A DNA stretch of 64,000 nt from Candidatus Omnitrophota bacterium (GTDB taxonomy: Bacteria; Omnitrophota; Gorgyraeia; Gygaellales; Profunditerraquicolaceae): the NCBI GenBank assembly GCA_043812955.1, contig JBDRLN010000076.1:4864-68863 (forward strand), written 5' to 3'. This document shows positions 28,021 to 37,160 of the stretch, piece after piece; the stretch's first letter is position 1, and each line of letters opens with the position of its first letter. The position numbers and the translations under genes are program-made. The notes under the pieces were generated by a model that was not told the DNA's origin, ran no database searches, and saw nothing but the letters and a program-made list of their open reading frames with translations.

Positions 28021-29196
28021 ATGAAAAGAATGTTTAGCTTAATCATTATCATTTGTTTGGTGTGCGGGTTGGCTGTGCCGCTTTTAGCCGACGAAACTGG
28101 TGTGACGGATACAGAAATCCTTATAGGTTCATCATCAGCGCTAGAGGGTGACGCAAGTTACCTGGGCATACAAACCAACAATGGATTCATGGCTTATCTT
28201 AATTCTGTTAATGCAGCGGGCGGGGTGAATGGCAGAAAACTTAAATTGATTGCCCTAAACGACGGTTACGAGCCTCTTCCTTGCGTAGAGATGACTAAAA
28301 AGTTGATTAACGAATATAAGGTTTTTATGCTTGCCAATTATGTAGGGACTCCGACCAGTGTAAAGGCGTATCTAGTATGGACTTATGCCAAAATTCCTGC
28401 AACAGGTTTTTTTACCGGCGCGGAGGCGCTGCGCAAGCCTTTTAACCGTTATAATATCCATATCCGCGGCTCCTATTATAAAGAACTATCGGCGATTATT
28501 GACGTCTTTGTCAAAGAATTAGGTTTGAAAAAGATCGCCGTATTTTATCAAGATGATGCGTTCGGCGAGTCGGTAAAAAAAGCGGCAGAGATTGCTTTGG
28601 AAAAATTTAAGATGGTTCCTATCGCTTACGGAATTTTTGAAAGGAATACTCTCAAAATTGAGGAAGGTTTGGCCAAGATCAAAGACTCTCAGCCGGAAGC
28701 GATTGTAATGGTGGGAACCTATGCTCCTCTTGCCCGATTTGTCAAAGAAGCAAAGAAGTCCGGATTAACTAAAACGTTTTTCCATACCGTATCTTTTGTC
28801 GGGCCCGAAGCTCTTGCCGCAAACCTAGGAGCGGATTCGGATAATGTTTTTCTTACGCTGGTGATGCCGCCCTACGCTGAGTCAAATTTGCCGATAGTCA
28901 AAGAGTATTTAGGGGCGCTATCGAAATATTATCCTAATGATTCTGCGAACTTTGTGAGTTTAGAAGGTTTTGTGAATGCTAAAGTTATGGTGGAGGGTTT
29001 AAGGCGGGCTGGAAGAGATTTAACTCGAGAGAAGTATATTAATGCTATCGAGACGATTAAACCGGGAGAGATGGGGTCGGGATTAAAATTTAATTACGGG
29101 CCGACTGATCATGAAGGATTAACGGACATCTATATCGCCCAGATCAAAAATGGCAAGTATGTGGAAGTTAAAGATCAGGGGAGTGTTAGAAAGTAA
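28021..29196 (+). CDS. ABC transporter substrate-binding protein, Leu/Ile/Val-binding (type I periplasmic-binding-protein fold)
   Basis: Signal peptide and a type I periplasmic-binding-protein fold. No permease or ATPase gene is adjacent, so it is an orphan. Confidence 0.7.
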   Translation: MKRMFSLIIIICLVCGLAVPLLADETGVTDTEILIGSSSALEGDASYLGIQTNNGFMAYLNSVNAAGGVNGRKLKLIALNDGYEPLPCVEMTKKLINEYKVFMLANYVGTPTSVKAYLVWTYAKIPATGFFTGAEALRKPFNRYNIHIRGSYYKELSAIIDVFVKELGLKKIAVFYQDDAFGESVKKAAEIALEKFKMVPIAYGIFERNTLKIEEGLAKIKDSQPEAIVMVGTYAPLARFVKEAKKSGLTKTFFHTVSFVGPEALAANLGADSDNVFLTLVMPPYAESNLPIVKEYLGALSKYYPNDSANFVSLEGFVNAKVMVEGLRRAGRDLTREKYINAIETIKPGEMGSGLKFNYGPTDHEGLTDIYIAQIKNGKYVEVKDQGSVRK

Positions 29197-29227
29197 CGAG
29201 ATCCTAATTAGCCAATCCAAGGCAATT

Positions 29228-29290
29228 CCTCAGAGCAAGAAAAGGGGTCAAAGAAAAGAGAAAAGGGATCAGGTCAGACCCCCCCCGCTA
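29228..29290. repeat. Purine-rich repeat related to 27521-27592
   Basis: 'agaaaaggggtcaaagaaaagagaaaagggatcaggtcagacccccc'. Confidence 0.5.
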
Positions 29291-29297
29291 TGTCCCC

Positions 29298-29681
29298 TTA
29301 GCTTATTTTGATAATAACTGCGGGGTCTGCTTTTAAGGTATTATGAACCGGGCAATTCTTAATGAACCTGAGGAGCGCTTCTTTTCTCTGTTCTTCAAGC
29401 ACAACGCCTTTAAGATTAATATTAACCTTAATCTCCCTGAAACAATAAGGCGGCTCTTTGGTAAATTCCGCGTCAACGCTAATGCTGAATTGTTTAAGCT
29501 CCACCTTCGCGCCTTGCGCGTACTTATGCAAATACACTCCCACGCAAGTACCTAAAGAGGCTAATAACGCGTCCGGCGGAGTGATCCCATTTCCCTTTGT
29601 ATCAATCATCAACTCATAATCATTTGATTTAACCTTAAACTGTGAATCGCCGTTATTAACTATATCTACATGATACATCAT
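29298..29681 (-). CDS. OsmC/Ohr family protein
   Basis: 127 aa with two conserved Cys ('GTCVGVYL', 'KNCPVHN') spaced as in OsmC peroxiredoxins. Confidence 0.65.
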   Translation of the reverse strand: MMYHVDIVNNGDSQFKVKSNDYELMIDTKGNGITPPDALLASLGTCVGVYLHKYAQGAKVELKQFSISVDAEFTKEPPYCFREIKVNINLKGVVLEEQRKEALLRFIKNCPVHNTLKADPAVIIKIS

Positions 29682-29687
29682 TACCCC

Positions 29688-29936
29688 CTATTTTTTAATC
29701 ACCTCAAATGAACTGGTGCTCTTATCGCTTTTCTGCCCGCTAAAAGAAACCCGAATCAATGACCAGGTGTAAACCTGGGAATCCTCAAATAATTCCGATT
29801 TGATATTTATCGAGTATTCATCAGTAATGGGATATTGTAGCCGCGGCGCAGGCATATCATCATAAGCGCTACTATGTGGAATAAACTCATCATCCGCACC
29901 TAAAACAACCCCAGCTACGGCCAAAATAAAAAACAT
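29688..29936 (-). CDS. Hypothetical small secreted protein
   Basis: 82-aa ORF with a hydrophobic N-terminus. Supported only by its tight packing against neighbouring genes. Confidence 0.3.
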   Translation of the reverse strand: MFFILAVAGVVLGADDEFIPHSSAYDDMPAPRLQYPITDEYSINIKSELFEDSQVYTWSLIRVSFSGQKSDKSTSSFEVIKK

Positions 29937-29949
29937 TATTAAAAGAAAC

Positions 29950-30005
29950 GGGGTCAGAATTATTTTTTTTTATTCTGCTTGCTAGTAAAAAATAATTCTG
30001 ACCCC
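29950..30005. terminator. Bidirectional rho-independent terminator (19-bp perfect stem)
   Basis: GGGGTCAGAATTATTTTTT ... AAAAAATAATTCTGACCCC, with A/T runs on both flanks. Confidence 0.65.
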
Positions 30006-30011
30006 ATTTCG

Positions 30012-30572
30012 CTATCTTATTTTCTTATATAGTCCGATTAATTCGGCCTTATCCAGAATATGCCCCTGCATTGCCGCTTCCAATTCTTTCTTACTGATAC
30101 CCTCTTTTAAATTAAGCTTTGTATCTAAGGCGTATATTTTAAAGAAATAGCGGTGGGTGCCTGATGGTGGACAGGGCCCATGAAAATCTTTTTTTCCGCT
30201 ACTAGTAATCCCCTGTTTTCCAGGAATGCTGTTCTCATCGATTTTATTAATTAGCGGGATATCAAAAACCACCCAATGTACCCAGGTGCCCATCGGAGCA
30301 TCAGGATCATCAACTATCAAGGCCAGGCTTTGGGCATCCTTAGGTAAGACGTCAATAATAAGCGCAGGGTTGATATTTTTACCTTCACAGGTAAATTTTG
30401 ACGGAATAGACTGGTTATGGTTAAATTCAGGGCTGGATATATTCATATTTGGCTCTCCTTTTGCAATGGCTGGGCTAGTTAAAGTTATATAGCTAAAACA
30501 GACTGATAAAATTAAAAAGGCAACACCCCGGATTGGAGAATTGCCTTTAAATTTTTTAATTTTATTACCCAT
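30012..30572 (-). CDS. YbhB/YbcL family (PEBP/Raf-kinase-inhibitor-like) protein, secreted
   Basis: 'DDPDAPMGTWVHWVVFDIP' PEBP signature with an N-terminal signal peptide. Confidence 0.8.
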   Translation of the reverse strand: MGNKIKKFKGNSPIRGVAFLILSVCFSYITLTSPAIAKGEPNMNISSPEFNHNQSIPSKFTCEGKNINPALIIDVLPKDAQSLALIVDDPDAPMGTWVHWVVFDIPLINKIDENSIPGKQGITSSGKKDFHGPCPPSGTHRYFFKIYALDTKLNLKEGISKKELEAAMQGHILDKAELIGLYKKIR

Positions 30573-30639
30573 TTACTACTCCTTATGTGTCTATAGATAA
30601 TTATATCTCTAATATAAAGCTTATCAATATAATTTAAAG

Positions 30640-30671
30640 AAAAATCCGCAATGAATTGTTGCGGATTTTTA
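30640..30671. terminator. Bidirectional rho-independent terminator
   Basis: AAAAATCCGCAA-tgaattg-TTGCGGATTTTT, directly downstream of the spy-like gene. Confidence 0.65.
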
Positions 30672-30687
30672 TTCTACTAATATATTA

Positions 30688-31179
30688 TTAACTCTGTTTT
30701 TGCTGACGCCAGAATGTACCTTTATACTTTTCCCGCCATTGTTGAAACCAGCCCTTTTTGCCTTCCTTGCGCTTTTCTGTCATCTGCTGAAACTTGGCAA
30801 ACTGTTCAAGAGTCAAGACCTCTTTAACCGCAAAAATCCTATTTACCCTCTGGTCGAGCAACTGGGCCTGCAAGGCCTTGATCTCATTTGCTAACGGCTC
30901 AATAGCTGCCCGGGTAACCGCAGAATTATTAAACTCCTCTTGTAATTTCGCCATCTTTTCTTTGATTACCTTACGTATATTAACCGACTCTGCCGCTTGG
31001 GCATTACGAATAAACTCCAGTCTTGTGCTTTGTTCAGAGGTAAGATTTAATTCTTTTAAAATACTCCATTTTGACTCATCTCTTAGGCTGCGGTGTCCGC
31101 CCTTGGTTTGAGCATATACCGCGCCTGTCATCAGAAACACTACTGCCAAACTTATAGTTACTGTTTTTATCTTATTCAT
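30688..31179 (-). CDS. Spy/CpxP family periplasmic chaperone (LTxxQ motifs)
   Basis: Signal peptide and two LTxxQ motifs ('LTSEQ', 'LTLEQ'). Confidence 0.55.
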   Translation of the reverse strand: MNKIKTVTISLAVVFLMTGAVYAQTKGGHRSLRDESKWSILKELNLTSEQSTRLEFIRNAQAAESVNIRKVIKEKMAKLQEEFNNSAVTRAAIEPLANEIKALQAQLLDQRVNRIFAVKEVLTLEQFAKFQQMTEKRKEGKKGWFQQWREKYKGTFWRQQKQS

Positions 31180-31231
31180 CTTTTATCACCCCTTTCACCT
31201 ACTCAGACGCATAGCTATATAAAGAAGTTTC

Positions 31232-31717
31232 CTAAAAGAAATACCGTTCTACATTTGTTCCTAAATTATAAACCAAATCATTATTCCCGCTTTCCAGGCT
31301 ATATTCTAAAATACTTTCTCCGGAATTTTCCGGGATTACAGATTGTCTCTTCTGCATAAATATTCCGCTAAAAACCGCGACACAAAGTATTAACGTAAAA
31401 ACACTAGCTAGGGCAAATGCCGGGCGATGGCCTAAAAGCAGTTCTTTCAGCCGCGACAGGGCCCCCCGGTTTGATTCTTCCTCCCGGACTAATTGTTCCC
31501 CGACAATAGCTTGACGGATATCCTGCCAGAGGCTCTCCGGGGCTTTCGCAAGTTTAAGCTTCTGGAAAAAGGCCCGCTGTAAGAGTAATTCTTCTTCTAA
31601 TTTACGGCATTTGCCACAGTTATCCAGATGCCCCTTAACCAGCTTTTGGTCCCTCTGGCCGGTGAGGCCATCAAAATAATCCGCTTTAAGCAATTCCTGC
31701 ACCTTTTTACAGTTCAT
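31232..31717 (-). CDS. Anti-sigma factor, zinc-finger (zf-HC2) type with TM helix
   Basis: 'GHLDNCGKCRKLEEE' H-x3-C-x2-C motif. Overlaps the ECF sigma gene by 11 nt. Confidence 0.6.
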   Translation of the reverse strand: MNCKKVQELLKADYFDGLTGQRDQKLVKGHLDNCGKCRKLEEELLLQRAFFQKLKLAKAPESLWQDIRQAIVGEQLVREEESNRGALSRLKELLLGHRPAFALASVFTLILCVAVFSGIFMQKRQSVIPENSGESILEYSLESGNNDLVYNLGTNVERYFF

Positions 31718-32270
31718 CTGTCATCAGCCCCTTTCCTGACATTTCCAATAACGCTTCCCGCGCCCGTTTTAAGCGGGTTCGCACGGTATTTATGGGAATC
31801 TTTAAAACGGCGGCGATCTCCTGATAACTCAATCCTTCGATCTCCCGCAATATCAGACAAACCTTATATTCAGGAATTAACTTATCTAATAACTCAGCAA
31901 GCAAGACACTATTATCACTTTTAATAGCTCCTTCAGCTGTTGAACGCCTATCCGGAATAGTTTCGATGACGCCATCATAATCTAACCTGTCTTTTGACTC
32001 CCGGGCGGCCTTACGGTAATGGTTGATGGCCGTATTCACTGTAATCCGGTATACCCAGGTCTTAAATGCCGAGCGAAACTGAAAACCATTTAAGCTATGG
32101 TAAATCTTCATAAAAACATCCTGGACAACTTCCTGGGCATCGGATATATTACGGGTTACCTTAAAAGCCAGGATATAGACAAAATCACTGGTCTGTCTAT
32201 ATACCTCTTCAAAGGCCTGGATATCGCCCTCACCAGCCCGTTCCAATATCTCCCTGGATATATCATTCAT
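31707..32270 (-). CDS. ECF (sigma-70 family) RNA polymerase sigma factor
   Basis: Region 2 ('VQDVFMKIY') and region 4 HTH ('LSYQEIAAVLKIPINTVRTRLKRAR'). Confidence 0.8.
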   Translation of the reverse strand: MNDISREILERAGEGDIQAFEEVYRQTSDFVYILAFKVTRNISDAQEVVQDVFMKIYHSLNGFQFRSAFKTWVYRITVNTAINHYRKAARESKDRLDYDGVIETIPDRRSTAEGAIKSDNSVLLAELLDKLIPEYKVCLILREIEGLSYQEIAAVLKIPINTVRTRLKRAREALLEMSGKGLMTDEL

Positions 32271-32299
32271 TCTATCTTTATATAAAAACCCGGTAAATA

Positions 32300-32854
32300 T
32301 TATCTTCCGTACAAAGCTCTCAATTGTTCTACGCTGGGATGTTCCGGATAATATTCCCCTTGCGGGCCTACATAACCATTGTTACGTTTGGTCAGAGTAA
32401 CGCTGGTGTAACTGCCGTTGATATTAGGAACATTAATTGTGATTGTTTCATTTGAAAACCCCTGATACTGGGTTACAGAAGGAGCAATTACCACATTTTG
32501 GTAAACCGGCGCAGGAACAACTACGTATCCGGAAGGGTAATCTCTATAATAAGCGTTGTTATAGTGATAATACCTGGAACCCCCCACCACCATAACATTA
32601 TGCCCAAACGGAAGAACCCTGACGACTGCCCCTATCGGAGGAGCGACAATAAAAAAATCCAGCCCAAAGAACCCCGGCCTATAGAATCTGCCGTCACGGT
32701 AATGGTACCTTGAATTATTTACCACCACAACTTCTTTTCGGGAAAACCCATGCCTAGACTCGCCTCTGGCAAACGCATCCGTTGACGGCAAGACAAGAAT
32801 TAATCCTAAGATTATCCCTAACCCAATCTTGTTTCTGAAAACATATCTTAACAT
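32300..32854 (-). CDS. Hypothetical Tyr-rich secreted protein
   Basis: Signal peptide and internal 'RYHYRDGRFYRP' / 'RYYHYNNAYYRD' repeats. The first gene of the ECF sigma module. Confidence 0.4.
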   Translation of the reverse strand: MLRYVFRNKIGLGIILGLILVLPSTDAFARGESRHGFSRKEVVVVNNSRYHYRDGRFYRPGFFGLDFFIVAPPIGAVVRVLPFGHNVMVVGGSRYYHYNNAYYRDYPSGYVVVPAPVYQNVVIAPSVTQYQGFSNETITINVPNINGSYTSVTLTKRNNGYVGPQGEYYPEHPSVEQLRALYGR

Positions 32855-32912
32855 TTTTCCTCCTTTTTTAGCCTTTCAGCTACTTTGACAACCTAAAAGG
32901 GGAAAAAGTTCC

Positions 32913-33653
32913 TTAAAAAATTTGGGCTAATGCATAAGCTGCGGGGTTCATAATCAAAAGACTTACGAGCTCGCTATCAAACCTACCGGGTAATTTGGTC
33001 AAGATAAAGATCAGGACGGCAATTCCGCTGCCGAATAAAAATTTTAGCGCTGGTTTTACAGGAGTTGTTTTGGGCTCTATGATCATGATAAAAATATAAA
33101 AATAATTTAAGTACCCTAGGATATGCCAGATGCTGTTTTTTTGCCAGAACGCCTGGATCCCAAATAAACAGATAAAAACAAGGACATAACCGATAATAAT
33201 TTCGATTTTTCTTATCTTATAAATAAAATACATTCCGGCAGGTAAAAGCAAATACCACAGATAGGCGCCTCTCCATTGAGTTGAAACGTTAAATAAAACA
33301 ACTGCGAGAAATATTCCGAAAGCCGCAGGGTTAAAGATAGGCTTATTCTGAAAACGAATCAGGTGTTTAGAAATAATCGCTATTAACGAGGCTGCTACAA
33401 TTACTCGCCAGGCCAGGTTGCTGGAAAGGACAAAACCGATAATTAATCCGGTAATGATCGAACTTTCAGTTATTTCAAATAACTTTTTTTTAAAAAATAG
33501 GGTGGTTGACTCGGCTATCAGGCTTGAAATTACGGCAATGATTAAAGCGGTTAAAAATACCAAATCCCTATCTCTAATAGATAAAAAAACCGCTGAACCG
33601 GCTAAATAGATAATCAGCTGAGTTTTAATAGATCTTAATTTCAACATGACCAA
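32913..33653 (-). CDS. Hypothetical polytopic membrane protein
   Basis: 246 aa with 7-8 predicted TM helices. No confident family assignment. Confidence 0.35.
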   Translation of the reverse strand: MVMLKLRSIKTQLIIYLAGSAVFLSIRDRDLVFLTALIIAVISSLIAESTTLFFKKKLFEITESSIITGLIIGFVLSSNLAWRVIVAASLIAIISKHLIRFQNKPIFNPAAFGIFLAVVLFNVSTQWRGAYLWYLLLPAGMYFIYKIRKIEIIIGYVLVFICLFGIQAFWQKNSIWHILGYLNYFYIFIMIIEPKTTPVKPALKFLFGSGIAVLIFILTKLPGRFDSELVSLLIMNPAAYALAQIF

Positions 33654-33654
33654 T

Positions 33655-34149
33655 TTAACGGTAATTGCAGAAACTTAAAGGCAGGGAGAAATCCAAACCC
33701 CTCAGATGGCTAATAACTGCCTGTAATTCGTCTTTTTTAGGCGAACTGACCTTGATCTTCTCGCCCTCGATCTGAGTCTGTACTTTTAAACCTAGTTTTT
33801 TAATGATCCCGACTAATTCTTTGGATTTTTCTTTATCAATACCCATGCAAATATCCACTTTCTGACGAAGATAACCCTCAAACGCCTTTTCCGGTTCGTT
33901 GAACTTCAAGGACTTAAGAGAAATTCCCCGTTTAGCCATCCGGGCAACCAGAATATCGGTCAAGGCCCGCAATTTAAAGTTATCATCCGCTATCAAAGTA
34001 ATTGTCTTTTCTTTTCGGTCGTAGACGATGGAGGCCTTACTGTCTTTAAAATCATAGCGTTGAGCTAATTCTTTATTCGCCTGGTTTACCGCATTATCCA
34101 TCTCCTGTAAATCCACCTCCGAAACAATATCAAAAGAAAAATTGGGCAT
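33655..34149 (-). CDS. yajQ: YajQ family nucleotide-binding protein (UPF0234)
   Basis: 'MPNFSFDIVSEVDLQEMDNAVNQANKELAQRYDFK' is a near-canonical YajQ N-terminus. Confidence 0.8.
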   Translation of the reverse strand: MPNFSFDIVSEVDLQEMDNAVNQANKELAQRYDFKDSKASIVYDRKEKTITLIADDNFKLRALTDILVARMAKRGISLKSLKFNEPEKAFEGYLRQKVDICMGIDKEKSKELVGIIKKLGLKVQTQIEGEKIKVSSPKKDELQAVISHLRGLDFSLPLSFCNYR

Positions 34150-34182
34150 CTAATATTCCTCCTTGAAAGTTTATAAATAACG

Positions 34183-34671
34183 CTAGTAGACCTGTTTATT
34201 CTCCAGGGCCTTCCAGTCCTCTAAAAGTTTTAGACACTCATTAATTAAAAATGCTCTCGTAAGTTTAATCCGGCTTCTACCCATGGCCTTCATCTGGGCG
34301 CAAGAAACCGGCAATTCATCAAATCCTAACTTCTTAACGTCCGCGACCGCAGTCCCGTAAAAAACAGACTTAATCCGCGCCCAATGAATTGCGGAAAAAC
34401 ACATCGGACAGGGTTCAGTGGTAGAATAAATAACGCATCCGGATAAATCAAAAGTCTTTAATTCTCTGCTGGCTTGGCGGATGGCGTTAACTTCGGCATG
34501 ACAAGTAGCATCCTGAGATAGCACGGTATTACGGCTAAAGGCTATTACTTTATTACCCCTAACAATGCATGCGCCGAACGGGCCGCCGGCCAAAGTTTTG
34601 AAATTCTTCCTAGCCTCGGATATGGCCAAGCGCATATATTTAAAATTTACTTGATGTTTTTCCACAAACAC
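34183..34671 (-). CDS. tadA: tRNA-specific adenosine deaminase TadA
   Basis: CDA-fold zinc motifs 'CHAEVNAI' and 'PCPMC'. Confidence 0.75.
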   Translation of the reverse strand: MFVEKHQVNFKYMRLAISEARKNFKTLAGGPFGACIVRGNKVIAFSRNTVLSQDATCHAEVNAIRQASRELKTFDLSGCVIYSTTEPCPMCFSAIHWARIKSVFYGTAVADVKKLGFDELPVSCAQMKAMGRSRIKLTRAFLINECLKLLEDWKALENKQVY

Positions 34672-34674
34672 CTC

Positions 34675-35346
34675 TTAGATAATCAGGGCGGGTTGGACTT
34701 GGGATTCTTCAACCTGAGAAAGAGATAGAGAATCTTTTATGTTGAAGCGGCCGATGCTTAATCTTTCGATCTGAGATACAAAGCCTACACAACCTAATTT
34801 CGCGGCGATATCTTCTGCCAGCTGGCGGACATAAGTCCCCTTGGAACATTTAACCTTAAACTGGATATCGGGAAGGGAGAATTTTAAAAGGCTTAATTCT
34901 TTAATCTGGACCTTGCGCGGGGCACGCTCAACCTCTTTTCCTTTACGGGCCAGCTCATAGAGCCTTTTCCCTTTGTGCTTCAAGGCTGAGACCATTGGGG
35001 GAACCTGCATATTTTCACCGATAAATGTAACCATAGTTTTACTCACATTTTCTTCGGTCACATGGCTGAATTCTTTTTTCTCAACCACCTCACCCTGAAT
35101 ATCGCCGCTGGTAGTCCGGGCGCCCAAAGTAAGAGTTGCCGAATATTCTTTATCGAGGATCATAAAATGATTAAATAATTTAGTACATTTACCGATTAAA
35201 ATTACCAGGACTCCGGTAGCGATCGGATCCAGGGTGCCGGAATGCCCAACCTGTTTTATTTTTAATTTCTTACGCACAAAATCTACTACATCATGCGAGG
35301 TTACGCCTTTAGGTTTGTTTATGACTAAAATGCCATCCCGGATCAT
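34675..35346 (-). CDS. truB: tRNA pseudouridine(55) synthase TruB
   Basis: 'GHSGTLDPIATGVLVI' contains the catalytic Asp motif. Confidence 0.85.
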   Translation of the reverse strand: MIRDGILVINKPKGVTSHDVVDFVRKKLKIKQVGHSGTLDPIATGVLVILIGKCTKLFNHFMILDKEYSATLTLGARTTSGDIQGEVVEKKEFSHVTEENVSKTMVTFIGENMQVPPMVSALKHKGKRLYELARKGKEVERAPRKVQIKELSLLKFSLPDIQFKVKCSKGTYVRQLAEDIAAKLGCVGFVSQIERLSIGRFNIKDSLSLSQVEESQVQPALII

Positions 35347-36077
35347 TTCTTAATTACCTCTTCCTTTAAAGGATACCTCTTGCAGGTAAACTGGGCTAAT
35401 TCCGGGCAATAGCTTAATTTAACGCATTTAGCCCCGGCTTCTGCGAATACTGCCGGAAGTTTATCCTGGCAGACCTTAAGCATTTCTAAAGCCAGGCCCC
35501 GAATCTCCCATTGGGCCCGGTTGCAACAACGTTGTTCAAAAAAATGGAGCAATTCCCGGCAGTTCATAGTAACCACGATTTTAGTCTCAGCTGCCTGCGG
35601 TAAAAGGAACCTGGCATCCTGATTAACCTGTTCTCCAGATTTATCTTTTTTCTTAAAACTCTCCAGGAAATCATTGTAACCTTTTTGGATCTCTTCCATC
35701 ATCCGGATAAATTTATCTTTTAAATCTTTATCCTGTTCTACTGAGGGAGGAATAATGTAATTAAAATTAACGGCCTTGACATAACGTTGACTTTGCTGAC
35801 TAAAAGAAGCAATCCTGTGCCTGACCAACTGATGAGTCAAGGCCCGGGATACGCCCTCAATGGCAAAAGTAAATTTCACATGTTCGATCGGGCTTTCATG
35901 CCCAGAGGAAACAACCTTGCGCACAAACTCCTCCTGTTTTTTGAGGTCGGATTTTACCTCTTCGATTAAATCCCCGGCAAATTTCGGCGAGTAACACTGC
36001 CTGCAGGCAGCGTAAATTATCGAGATTGCGTCCTTAGTCAGATCTAAAAGTTTAACATTCAATTTAACCTGTGGCAT
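35343..36077 (-). CDS. thyX: FAD-dependent thymidylate synthase ThyX
   Basis: ThyX signature 'RHRIASFSQQSQR' (RHRxxSxxxxSxR). Confidence 0.85.
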   Translation of the reverse strand: MPQVKLNVKLLDLTKDAISIIYAACRQCYSPKFAGDLIEEVKSDLKKQEEFVRKVVSSGHESPIEHVKFTFAIEGVSRALTHQLVRHRIASFSQQSQRYVKAVNFNYIIPPSVEQDKDLKDKFIRMMEEIQKGYNDFLESFKKKDKSGEQVNQDARFLLPQAAETKIVVTMNCRELLHFFEQRCCNRAQWEIRGLALEMLKVCQDKLPAVFAEAGAKCVKLSYCPELAQFTCKRYPLKEEVIKK

Positions 36078-36105
36078 TACCTGACCTCTTTCTTTGTAGT
36101 TATTT

Positions 36106-37074
36106 TTAAAGGTAACTGTTATTCTTTAAATACCCGGCGTAATCTTTTATTGCTTTTTCCAGGCTGTAAAATTTATGCCGACACCCTGCTTTTCTTAATT
36201 TAGTCAAATCCGCCTTAGTAAAATACTGGTATTTATCTCTAATGGCTAAAGGCATAGGGATATATTCTATCCTGGGCAACTTATCACAAGCGAAAAATAA
36301 AGCGCGCGCTAACTCATTCCAGGTCCGGGCCCTGCCGGTTCCCAGGTTAAATATGCCTTTTTTATCCGGGTGCTCAATAAAGTAATTTACTACCTCTATA
36401 GCATCTTTAACATATACGAAATCCCGCATCTGCTCTCCGTCAGCGTATTCTTTTTTGTAGGACTTAAAAAGCCGTATCTTCCCCTCTTTATTTACTTGAG
36501 AATAGGCCTTGGTAATAACACTCTCCATATCCCCTTTATGGTATTCATTCGGGCCAAAAACATTAAAAAATTTAAACCCGGTGACTTTTGACGTAAGCTT
36601 ATTTTTAATCAGCCATAGGTCAAACATCTGTTTGGATAATCCATACAAGTTCAAAGGCTTAAGTTTTAAACTCACTTTATCTTCGTCGCTATAGCCAAGT
36701 TCGCCATCCCCATAAGCAGCAGCCGAAGAAGCGTATAAAAAAAAGACTTTATTTTTTAAGGCCCACTTACACATCCTCTGGGAATAAAGATAATTATTCC
36801 TCATTAAATAATCCCTGTTTTGCTCAGTCGTGGAAGTACAGGCGCCCATATGCAGGATTAGGTCCACCCTCCCTTTTAATTTATTGGACTCAAGGTAACC
36901 TAAAAATTTATCCTTCTCCAGATAACCTGCAAAATCCTTACCCACCAGGTTTTTCCACTTTTCCGACTTCTCCATATGGTCAACTACAATAATATCTTTA
37001 ATCCCATTTTTATTTAACTTCCAGAGAAGGCAGCTTCCAATGAATCCCGCTCCGCCGGTCAATATAACCCTCAT
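36106..37074 (-). CDS. hldD: ADP-L-glycero-D-manno-heptose 6-epimerase
   Basis: 'MRVILTGGAGFIGSCLL...IIVVDHM' and overall length match HldD/RfaD. The call implies LPS heptose, hence a diderm. Confidence 0.75.
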   Translation of the reverse strand: MRVILTGGAGFIGSCLLWKLNKNGIKDIIVVDHMEKSEKWKNLVGKDFAGYLEKDKFLGYLESNKLKGRVDLILHMGACTSTTEQNRDYLMRNNYLYSQRMCKWALKNKVFFLYASSAAAYGDGELGYSDEDKVSLKLKPLNLYGLSKQMFDLWLIKNKLTSKVTGFKFFNVFGPNEYHKGDMESVITKAYSQVNKEGKIRLFKSYKKEYADGEQMRDFVYVKDAIEVVNYFIEHPDKKGIFNLGTGRARTWNELARALFFACDKLPRIEYIPMPLAIRDKYQYFTKADLTKLRKAGCRHKFYSLEKAIKDYAGYLKNNSYL

Positions 37075-37104
37075 TAATAACTCCTTTTCTCCTTAACCTC
37101 TTGT

Positions 37105-37160
37105 CCACCCCGTAGGTGGAAACCACCTACGGGGTAAAGACATGGTTGCCACCTACGGGG
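37105..37160. repeat. REP-like palindrome, copy 2, with a duplicated right arm
   Basis: CCACCCCGTAGGTGG-aaa-CCACCTACGGGGT, then a second CCACCTACGGGGT 14 nt later. It lies 31 nt upstream of the hldD ATG. Confidence 0.7.
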
